Source: a bacterium (GTDB lineage Bacteria; UBA8248). Taken from it: DNA of 64,000 bases. The notes beneath the pieces are model-generated. The model searched no databases and had not been told where the DNA came from. It saw nothing but the letters and a program-made list of their open reading frames with translations. The translations under genes were made by a program, and so were the position numbers. Location: positions 1,728,001-1,792,000 of the forward strand of contig OZ242260.1 of NCBI GenBank assembly GCA_965207065.1. Direction: 5' to 3'. Shown here piece after piece: positions 9,797 to 17,606 of this stretch. The number at the start of each line of letters is the position of its first letter. Within the stretch, counting starts at the first letter, position 1.

Positions 9797-10279
9797 TCAG
9801 GCCGATGCGTTCAGCGTGACTTCGGTCCACCGCCAAGTCTTATCATCATTTACAGGCCACATGGGGGATCCATCGTAATAGGGGGCCACTGACACCGAAT
9901 ACACCGTGGTCGGGCCGTCCCCGCCGATGCCCGTATCGACCACCAGGTCATCCTGGCTCGCGGCTTCGCTGGTGAAGCATGTGCTCGTATCCGCCCCTAC
10001 TACTCCGTCTGTCACCAAGGCCCAAATTACGCACACCTTCTCAGGCAGGTCGGTTGCGAATTTGACGCCTTCGGGCTCCGACTGGAGCGACCACGAGACC
10101 CTGATCTTCCCGCCGCCGTCGTCGGTGGCGGAATCGACATACGCCTGGGGTCCTGTTTGGACTGTTTGCCCTAAAACCACGCCCGACCACAGCACGGCGA
10201 GACCCAGGCCCAGGAGACCGGCGAGCAGCGCCCGCCGCGTTTTCGCGAGATCCGAAACTACCTGTTTCCATCCGTTCAT
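9797..10279 (-). CDS. Exported FN3/Ig-like small protein, tandem array copy 1
   Basis: GGAGGAAGAAGCC-ATG; signal peptide MNGWKQ...TRRALL + hydrophobic stretch; framework DSATDDGGGKIRVSW / VCVxWA / TCFT / DLVVDTG / TVYS / EVTLN. Confidence 0.85.
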   Translation of the reverse strand: MNGWKQVVSDLAKTRRALLAGLLGLGLAVLWSGVVLGQTVQTGPQAYVDSATDDGGGKIRVSWSLQSEPEGVKFATDLPEKVCVIWALVTDGVVGADTSTCFTSEAASQDDLVVDTGIGGDGPTTVYSVSVAPYYDGSPMWPVNDDKTWRWTEVTLNASA

Positions 10280-10346
10280 GGCTTCTTCCTCCATCCATTT
10301 GTCCATCCGGCGCCGCCTTTTTCGAAACCGCGCCGGAGATGAATCG

Positions 10347-10829
10347 TCAGGCCGATGCGTTCAGCGTGACTTTGGTCCGCCGCCAAGTATCATCATCATT
10401 TACAGGCCACATGGGGAGTCCATTGTAATAGGGGGCCACTGACACCGAATACACCGTTTTCGGGCCGTCCCCGCCGATGCCCGTATCGACCACTAGGTCA
10501 TCCTGGTTCGCGGCTTCGCTGGTGAAGCATGTGCTCGTATCCGCCCCTTTTACTCCGTCTGTCACCACGGCCCAAATTACGCACACCTTCTCAGGCAGGT
10601 CGTTTGCGAATTTGACGCCTTCGGTCTCCGACTGGAGCGACCACGAGACCCTGATCTTCCCGCCGCCGTCGTCGGTGGCGGAATCGATATTCGCTTGGGG
10701 TCCCCTCCGGAGTGATTGCCCTAAAACCACGCCCGAACACAGAATGACGAGACCCAGGCCCAGGAGACCGGCGCGCAGCGCCCGCCGCGTTTTCGCGAAG
10801 TCCGAAATTCCCTGCTTCCATCCGTTCAT
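10347..10829 (-). CDS. Exported FN3/Ig-like small protein, tandem array copy 2
   Basis: Paralog exactly 550 bp from copy 1; same framework. Confidence 0.85.
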   Translation of the reverse strand: MNGWKQGISDFAKTRRALRAGLLGLGLVILCSGVVLGQSLRRGPQANIDSATDDGGGKIRVSWSLQSETEGVKFANDLPEKVCVIWAVVTDGVKGADTSTCFTSEAANQDDLVVDTGIGGDGPKTVYSVSVAPYYNGLPMWPVNDDDTWRRTKVTLNASA

Positions 10830-10896
10830 GGCTTTTTCCTCCGTCCATTTGTCCATCCGGCGCCGCCTGTTTCGGAACAGCGCCGGAGATGAATCG

Positions 10897-11385
10897 TCAG
10901 ACCGATGCGTTCAGCGTGACTTCGGTCCGCCGCCAAACCCCATCCTCTTGAGGCCACAAGGGGAGACCATGGTAATAGGGGACCAAAGCCACCGAATACA
11001 CCGTTTTCGGGCCGTCCCCGCCGATGCCCGTATCGACCACCAGGTCATCCTGGCCCGAGACTTCGCTGGTGAAGCATGTGCTCGTATCCGCCCCTTTTAC
11101 TCCGTCTGTCACCACGGCCCAACGCACGCACACCTTTCCAGGCAGGTCGTTATCGAAAGCGACGCCGTCGGGCTCCGACTGGAGCGACCACGAGACACTG
11201 ATCTTCCCGCCGCCGTCGTCGGTGGCGGAATCGACATACGCGTGGGGTCCCACCTGTCTTAATTTACTTTCATTTGCGAAAACCGCGCCCGACCACAACA
11301 CGGCGAGGCCCAGGCCCAGTAGACCGGCGAGCAGCGCCCGCCGCGTCTTCGCGAGATCCGAAACTACCTGTTTCAAACTGTTCAT
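10897..11385 (-). CDS. Exported FN3/Ig-like small protein, tandem array copy 3
   Basis: Paralog with stop 550 bp from copy 2; first gene after an AT-rich promoter cassette. Confidence 0.85.
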   Translation of the reverse strand: MNSLKQVVSDLAKTRRALLAGLLGLGLAVLWSGAVFANESKLRQVGPHAYVDSATDDGGGKISVSWSLQSEPDGVAFDNDLPGKVCVRWAVVTDGVKGADTSTCFTSEVSGQDDLVVDTGIGGDGPKTVYSVALVPYYHGLPLWPQEDGVWRRTEVTLNASV

Positions 11386-11429
11386 GGCTTCTGCCTCCTC
11401 TCCCGTCATCGCGGATGAATCCGTCTCGA

Positions 11430-11540
11430 CGGACCGTTTCCTTATTTTCAAGTATTATTTAATCAATTCATATTGCTGTATAAGAGCTATATTATTACCA
11501 ATAAATATCAATACACAAGAATTTTCGTGTGAATTCAGGA
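11430..11540 (-). promoter_or_regulatory. AT-rich promoter cassette of the array (related copies at ~9300-9400 and ~14700-14790)
   Basis: Strongly AT-rich; TATTATTACC motif and GAATT..GG..ATTCCG..TTTTTTCC flank shared among the three copies. Confidence 0.55.
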
Positions 11541-11612
11541 AGATTCCGCTTTTTTTCCCGGACGCGGGACCGGCGCAGGAGGACAGGGGTATCCGCCGAC
11601 CCCTTCCCGGTC

Positions 11613-12010
11613 GGGGTTGTTGAAAAGTCCCAATCAATGAGGATTCGACGCGACCGACGAGAAAAGAGATATCACTCCCCCCTTGAGGGTCGGTCTATCC
11701 TCCTCGGGTAGACCGACGAAGAGCTGAGGGCGTAAGCCAGAAAGCGATTCGGTGGGGGGTACAACTCGGAGTGACGATAAAACGCGATTCACCCCCCACC
11801 GATTCAGCCTTCGCACAAACCGCTCGGCTTCATCGTCGGCTTTCCCCTCGGGAAGCCGACCCTCAAGGGGGGAGTGAACTTCAAAGGCGTTCGCGCAACC
11901 CAAATTCGCTTGCCGGGACTTTTTCTACAGACCTCTCAAGGGGGGAGTGGTTTTTCTCTCTCGTCGGTCGGTAATATACGACAAATCTAGAAATCAGGGC
12001 TTTTTCAACC
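11613..12010. mobile_element. MITE-like element (family A)
   Basis: Ends GGGGTTGTTGAAAAGTCCC and GGGCTTTTTCAACC; palindromic core 11673-11876. Confidence 0.7.
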
Positions 12011-12055
12011 TGAGGGGAAGTCCCGACCCCGCCGGAAGTTCTCCGCCGGCGGGCT

Positions 12056-12529
12056 TCAGGCCGATGCGTTCAGCGTGACTTCGGTCCACTCCCGCTTTTC
12101 AGGAAACAAGGGGACGCCATTGTAAAAGGGGATTATCGTCAGCGAATACACCGTTTTCGAGCCGTCCCCGCCGATGCCCGTATCGACCACCAGGTCATCC
12201 TGGTTCGAGGCTTCGTCGGTGAAGCATGTGTTCGTACCATATTTCCTTACTCCGTTTTCCACCTCGGCCCAATACACGCACACCTTGCCAGGCAGGTCGT
12301 TAGTGAAAGTGTGGTTGGGGGGAGGCTCCGACTGGAGCGACCACGAGACCCTGATCTTCCCGCCGCCGTCGTCGGTGGCGGAATCGACATACGCTTCGGG
12401 TCCCACCACACCTGTGGTTGCGAAAACCGCGCCCGGACACAGAATGAAGAGCCCCAGGCCCAGGAGACCGGCGAGCAGCGCCCGCCGCGTCTTCGCGAGG
12501 GCCGAAACTGCCTGTTTCCATCCGTTCAT
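12056..12529 (-). CDS. Exported FN3/Ig-like small protein, tandem array copy 4
   Basis: Same framework; divergent loops (PPPNHTF, VRKYGTN, short LFPEKREW). Confidence 0.85.
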   Translation of the reverse strand: MNGWKQAVSALAKTRRALLAGLLGLGLFILCPGAVFATTGVVGPEAYVDSATDDGGGKIRVSWSLQSEPPPNHTFTNDLPGKVCVYWAEVENGVRKYGTNTCFTDEASNQDDLVVDTGIGGDGSKTVYSLTIIPFYNGVPLFPEKREWTEVTLNASA

Positions 12530-12541
12530 GGCTTCTTCCTC

Positions 12542-13054
12542 CTATGGTTGCTGCGGTATTCCGATGCGCGTCCAGGTCATTGTGTTCAGCGTGACTTCGG
12601 TCCGCTGCCAAACGCCATCCACTAGAGGCCAAAAGGGTATACCACCGTAATAGGGGATCACAGACACCGAATACACCGTTTCCGGGTCGTCCACGCCGAG
12701 GCCTGTATCGACCACCAGGTCCTCCTGGCTCGAGACTTCGCTGGTGTAGCATGTGCTCGTAAACGACCCGAATACTCCGTCTTTCACCACGGCCCAATTC
12801 ACGCACACCTTTCCAGGCAGGTCGTTAGTGAAATAGTAGCCGGCGGGTGGCTCCGACTCGAGCGACCACGATATCCTGATCTTCCCGACGCCGTCGTCGG
12901 TGGCGGAATCGACATTCGCATGGGGTCCTATCTGCGTTGCGGCTGCGAAAACCACGCCCGGAAACAGAATGATGAGACCCAGGCCCAGGAGACCGGCGAG
13001 CAGCGCCCGCCGCGTCTTCGCGAAGTTTGAAACTCCCTGTTTCCAACTGTTCAT
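12542..13054 (-). CDS. Exported FN3/Ig-like small protein, tandem array copy 5 (C-terminal extension)
   Basis: Same framework; ends ...EVTLNTMTWTRIGIPQQP instead of NASA. Confidence 0.85.
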   Translation of the reverse strand: MNSWKQGVSNFAKTRRALLAGLLGLGLIILFPGVVFAAATQIGPHANVDSATDDGVGKIRISWSLESEPPAGYYFTNDLPGKVCVNWAVVKDGVFGSFTSTCYTSEVSSQEDLVVDTGLGVDDPETVYSVSVIPYYGGIPFWPLVDGVWQRTEVTLNTMTWTRIGIPQQP

Positions 13055-13095
13055 GGTTTCTTCCTTCTATGGCCCCTGCGTCCATCCGGCGCGCG

Positions 13096-13578
13096 TCAAT
13101 TATTTGCGTTCAGAGTGACTTTGGTCGTCTGCCAAACCCCATCCACTAGAGGCCACACGGGGAAACCGTTGTAATAGGGGACCAGCATCAGCGAATACAC
13201 CGTTTTCGAGCCGTCCCCGCCGATGCCCGTATCGACCACCAGGTCATCCTGGCTCGCGACTTCGCTGGTGAAGCATGTGCTCGTTTCCGCCCCATTTACT
13301 CCGTCTTCCACCACGGCCCAATCAACGCACACCTTTCCAGGCAGGTCGTTAATGAATTCGACTCCATCGGGCTCCGACTCGAGCGACCACGAAACCCTGA
13401 TCTTCCCGCCGCCGTCGTCGGTGGCGGAATCGACAATCGCATGGGGTCCCACCCTTTTTGCGGAAATTGCGAAAACCACGCCCGACCACAGAATGACGAG
13501 ACCCAGGCCCAGTAGACCGGCGAGCAGCGCCCGCCGCGTCTTCGCGAGGGCCGAAACTGCCTGCTTCCATCCGTTCAT
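13096..13578 (-). CDS. Exported FN3/Ig-like small protein, tandem array copy 6
   Basis: Mature region nearly identical to copy 7. Confidence 0.85.
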   Translation of the reverse strand: MNGWKQAVSALAKTRRALLAGLLGLGLVILWSGVVFAISAKRVGPHAIVDSATDDGGGKIRVSWSLESEPDGVEFINDLPGKVCVDWAVVEDGVNGAETSTCFTSEVASQDDLVVDTGIGGDGSKTVYSLMLVPYYNGFPVWPLVDGVWQTTKVTLNANN

Positions 13579-13629
13579 GGCTTCTTCCTCCTCCGGCCCA
13601 TGTCTCCATCCGGCGCCGGCCGGCGCGCG

Positions 13630-14112
13630 TCAGGCCGATGCGTTCAGCGTGACTTCGGTCCTTTGCCAAACCCCATCCACTAGAGGCCACACGGGGAAAC
13701 CGTTGTAATAGGGGACCAGCATCAGCGAATACACCGTTTTCGGGCCGTCGCCTCCGATGCCCGTATCGACCACCAGGTCATCCTGGCTCGCGACTTCGCT
13801 GGTGAAGCATGTGCTCGTTTCCGCCCCATATACTCCGTCTTCCACCACGGCCCAATCAACGCACACCTTTCCAGGCAGGTCGTTAATGAATTCGACTCCA
13901 TCGGGCTCCGACTGGAGCGACCACGAGACCCTGATCTTCCCGCCGCCGTCGTCGGTGGCGGAATCGACAATCGCATGGGGTCCCACCCTTTTTGCGGAAA
14001 TTGCGAAAACCACGCCCGACCATAGAATGACGAGCCCCAGGCCCAGGAGACCGGCGAGCAGCGCGCGCCGCGTCTTCGCGAGATCCGAAACTACCTGTTT
14101 CCAACTGTTCAT
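13630..14112 (-). CDS. Exported FN3/Ig-like small protein, tandem array copy 7
   Basis: 534 bp from copy 6; same framework. Confidence 0.85.
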   Translation of the reverse strand: MNSWKQVVSDLAKTRRALLAGLLGLGLVILWSGVVFAISAKRVGPHAIVDSATDDGGGKIRVSWSLQSEPDGVEFINDLPGKVCVDWAVVEDGVYGAETSTCFTSEVASQDDLVVDTGIGGDGPKTVYSLMLVPYYNGFPVWPLVDGVWQRTEVTLNASA

Positions 14113-14162
14113 GGCTTCTTCCTCCTCCGGCCCATGTCTCCATCCGGCGCCGCCGGCGCGCG

Positions 14163-14645
14163 TCAGGCCGATGCGTTCAGCGTGACTTCGGTCGTCAGCT
14201 GATTCCCATTTTCATCTGCAGGAAACGTAGGGAGACCATAGTAATAGGGGACCGGTATCACCGAATACACCGTTTTCGGGCCGTCCCCGCCGATGCCCGT
14301 ATCGACCACCAGGTCATCCTGGCTCGCGACTTCGCTGGTGAAGCATGTGTCCGTATACGACCCTTCTACTCCGTCTTCCACCACGGCCCAAAACACGCAC
14401 ACTTTCTCAGGCAGGTCTTTCTTGAAAGTGACGTCTTCGGGCTCCGACTGGAGCGACCACGATATCCTGATCTTCCCGCCGCCGTCGTCGGTGGCGGAAT
14501 CGATAATCACACGGGGGCCATACACAATTGTTGTTGCGAAAACCACGCCCGACCACAGCACGGCGAGCCCCAGGCCCAGTAGACCGGCGAGCAGCGCCCG
14601 CCGCGTCTTCGCGAAGTTTGAAACTCCCTGCTTCCATCCGTTCAT
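14163..14645 (-). CDS. Exported FN3/Ig-like small protein, tandem array copy 8
   Basis: First gene after the ~14700-14790 promoter cassette; divergent loops (TTIVYGPRV, PTFPADENGNQL). Confidence 0.85.
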   Translation of the reverse strand: MNGWKQGVSNFAKTRRALLAGLLGLGLAVLWSGVVFATTIVYGPRVIIDSATDDGGGKIRISWSLQSEPEDVTFKKDLPEKVCVFWAVVEDGVEGSYTDTCFTSEVASQDDLVVDTGIGGDGPKTVYSVIPVPYYYGLPTFPADENGNQLTTEVTLNASA

Positions 14646-14862
14646 GGCTTCTTCCTCCTCTCCCGTCATCGCGGATGAATCCGTCTCGACGGACCGTTTT
14701 TGTAATTCCCAAGTATTATCCAATAAATGTATATTGCCTACTAAAAGCTATAATATTACCAAGTATTATCATTAGACAAGAAAATTCCGGGGAGATTCCG
14801 TTTTTTTCCGGACGCGTGACTGGCGCAGCGGCACATGGGCATCCGCCGACCTCTTCCCGGTC

Positions 14863-15159
14863 GGGGTTGTTGAAAAAGTCCTTCAAGTGGGGGGAGTGTT
14901 CCCTTTCTTCTCGGTCGGGTTTCAAATTCACTCCCCCCTTGAGGGGGAGTCGATGAAGCCGAGCGTTTTGTGCGAAGGCTGAATCGGTGGGGGGTGAATC
15001 GCGTTTTATCGCCACTCCGAGTTATACCCCCCACCGAATCGCTTTCGGGCTTACGCCCTCAGCTCTTCGACTCCCCCTCAAGGGGGGAGTAATTGTTTGG
15101 CGCTCTGCAAGGTGAGGATGGTTTAACCCGACCCCAAAGGGGTCTTTTTCCACAGCCCC
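14863..15159. mobile_element. MITE-like element (family A)
   Basis: Ends GGGGTTGTTGAAAAAGTCC and GGTCTTTTTCCACAGCCCC; core 14929-15090 nearly identical to 38691-38853. Confidence 0.7.
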
Positions 15160-15285
15160 CTCAAGGGGGGAGTGATTTTTCACCCTCATCGGTTGAGAGC
15201 GCCCCTTCGTCAGGCTCAGGTCGAACCCCCGAAACGGCGCCTGCGCGCCCGCCCGGGACGAGGGGGAGCCGGTTCGCGTTGCGCG

Positions 15286-16284
15286 CTAGCGGGACCCTTC
15301 CGCCCGGAACTCATGGCTCAGGGCGTTGAATATGGCGGTGATGGTGGACTCGCTGCCGTCCTGCTCGATAAACGTCACCTTGTTGAATCCCGCCACGAGG
15401 CGCGGGTTGCCCGCCCCGTCGCGGCGGTTCGAGAGCCCCCCGCCCCAATACCCGGTGCGGATTCTTTCGACCGAACGCCCGGGATGCGTGACCGTTACGC
15501 CTTCGCCGGTCTGAAACGTGCCGTCGGGATTGAATTCCGTGGGCGCGTAGCGCACCTCGTAGTCCCTGGGATGCGCCAGCAGCGCGACCGGCTCGGTCTC
15601 GAACCTGTTGAAAGCGCTCGCGAGGTGTAAGCGCTGCACGGTGAGGTCGCCCTCACACCCCAGGCAGCCTTCGATGGTCCCGGCGGCGAAATCCGCCGTG
15701 AACGTGGCGACGCCCGCGAACTCCTCGGAGGAAATCTTGCCCTTCGCATCTCCCCAGCCGTCCCCGTAAGTGTAGAGGTAGCGCCCGCCCGCCCCGCCGC
15801 TGTAGGACGCCGTGCCCGTTGCGGGCAGGGGCGGCTGGAAATTCGGGTCGAGCTCGGGGCCGTCTATGAACAGGACGGTCTGGCTGTCGTCATGTTTCGG
15901 GTCGATGTCGGGATAGCGCTGGTTGATGAAACGGATCCACCAGCCCGCCGCGAGATAATCCTCCGGGTCGTCCTCATTCCAGCTCACCACCACGTAGCCC
16001 AGGATGGGGTCTTCCCCGTCTTCGCCCTTCTGCAGGAGCGTCCACGCGCGCCCCGCATGAGCGGGCATCTCCGTGGCGAAGGGGGCCGTGCTCTCCGCGT
16101 CACGCTGCGTGTCGAGCACCACCCTGGCGCCATCGCGATGCGTATAATCGATGGTGAGGACGTCGTTTTCGAACGTGGTGGCGCGCGTATGGTCGATCCG
16201 GGGCGCGGTTTTCCCGCCGCCGCCGCCGAGGCTGCACCCCAGAACCAGGAAAGCCGATAGAATCAAAAACAAATGCCGCGTCAT
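15286..16284 (-). CDS. Surface lipoprotein with a transferrin-binding-protein (TbpB/fHbp)-like beta-barrel
   Basis: Lipobox LVLG-C followed by SLGGGGG linker; LPATGTASYSG and F.G...FTADFAAGTIEG resemble the TbpB-like barrel. Confidence 0.65.
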   Translation of the reverse strand: MTRHLFLILSAFLVLGCSLGGGGGKTAPRIDHTRATTFENDVLTIDYTHRDGARVVLDTQRDAESTAPFATEMPAHAGRAWTLLQKGEDGEDPILGYVVVSWNEDDPEDYLAAGWWIRFINQRYPDIDPKHDDSQTVLFIDGPELDPNFQPPLPATGTASYSGGAGGRYLYTYGDGWGDAKGKISSEEFAGVATFTADFAAGTIEGCLGCEGDLTVQRLHLASAFNRFETEPVALLAHPRDYEVRYAPTEFNPDGTFQTGEGVTVTHPGRSVERIRTGYWGGGLSNRRDGAGNPRLVAGFNKVTFIEQDGSESTITAIFNALSHEFRAEGSR

Positions 16285-16885
16285 GCTGAAATCCCCCGTG
16301 CAAGTAAAGGCCCGTGAACCGACGATGAAATCGGCGGCCGAAAATTCCGGGCCGAACCGTTCGCTCCCGGTCGCCGCTGTCGGCGAAAGAAGGATCCGTA
16401 ATGATACCAATTATAAGCATTTTAATACGTGATTATTGTGATGTATTACGCATAAATCGTGCTTTTATCGTGAGAATTTGCGTCTAAATGCATTTTTTTC
16501 GATGCCGGCGCCAGGAACGGGGGCGTCCGCCATCAAGTCAACGGACATTCGGGCGGGGAATGATGCGCTTCGCTCCACGGCGGGATCCGAAAAGCGGCGA
16601 TGAAACCACTCCCCTTACGAGGGTCACCGGCGCATGATGAATGGGGAGGAAACACTCCCCGCATGGAGTTGGTGAAAAAGCCTTCATCAATCGCGTTTGA
16701 TCAGCAGGTGGCGGTTCCTCCTTCGTCGGAACCTGCTCCCCGGGAGCGCCCCGCATGCCACGAACCGGACGGGCCGCACATATGAGTGGGGCGGCTCAGA
16801 AGACGGACCGCCACCTGCACCAGGCTCACGACCGAAACGACGTGCGGGATGTGGTTTTGAAAGAGACGAAAAGGCAAAGTCAAAA

Positions 16886-16912
16886 TGGATTCCGGCATTC
16901 GCCGGAATGACG
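16886..16912. repeat. REP-like palindrome, family C (TGGATTCCGGC..CGCCGGAATGACG)
   Basis: Second copy at ~43145-43171. Confidence 0.6.
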
Positions 16913-17011
16913 AACAAAACCGCATCGCGTCTTGTAGTGACAGCACCTCCTCGGAGTTGTCCCACAGGCCGCGACCTGTCCCTGCGGACTTTTTCAGCAA
17001 CCCCACCCCGC

Positions 17012-17100
17012 TCGCGTCAATCACTCCCGTATTGGTCGCGTCAATCACTCCCGTATGGGTCGCGTTAATCACTCCCGCATTGGTCGTGATTAATCATCCG
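17012..17100. repeat. 24-bp tandem repeat (TCGCGTYAATCACTCCCGYATKGG), 3 copies plus a degenerate one
   Basis: Units at 17012, 17036, 17060; degenerate unit at 17084. Confidence 0.85.
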
Positions 17101-17606
17101 CATTTGCCCGCAGTTGCGCGTCGCGCCGAAAAATCATCGTCTCCGGCTACGCGCCCCCATCGAGACGAAGGCGCATCTGCCCGCATTTGCCGTCGGGGGA
17201 ATTTCGCGTCGGTGGGGTATGCTGGAGAGGCCGCCCGCCGGCCTTTGTTTTTCAGGCCGCGGAAGGGGCGCTGCCCGCAGGGATCGGGCCGCCGCCCGGG
17301 CGAGGCGCGGGAGGCGCGAAATGCAAATTATCATTTCCGTAAATTTCGATAAATTCAGATAAATTCACGGGGTTTTTCGACAAATTTCCATAAATTTTTT
17401 CGGTGGGATAAGACGCCGCGGAATCCGGGCGCAGGGGAATTCTGCCATGACCCGCGCATCTCAAGATAACGGCAAATGCGCGGATTTGCGGGGAGCTGCG
17501 GGCGTGATATTCCTTCGCGCGCGCCTTGCGCCGGCGCGCGCGAATTGTAAGAATGCGGGTGGGCGCAAGGGCCTGATTTCACTGGGGTTTTCGGGGAGAA
17601 ACGAAA

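Noticed and set aside
9797-14645. Array as a complete diversity-generating retroelement
   Set aside because: No reverse transcriptase, Avd or template repeat in the window; synonymous adenines invariant; indels present. Kept only as a testable trans-acting hypothesis.
9797-14645. Array as integron cassettes or a shufflon
   Set aside because: Spacers hold short GC hairpins but no attC RYYYAAC/GTTRRRY ends; all copies share one orientation; no recombinase nearby.
17012-17100. CRISPR array
   Set aside because: Repeats are contiguous without unique spacers; no cas genes.
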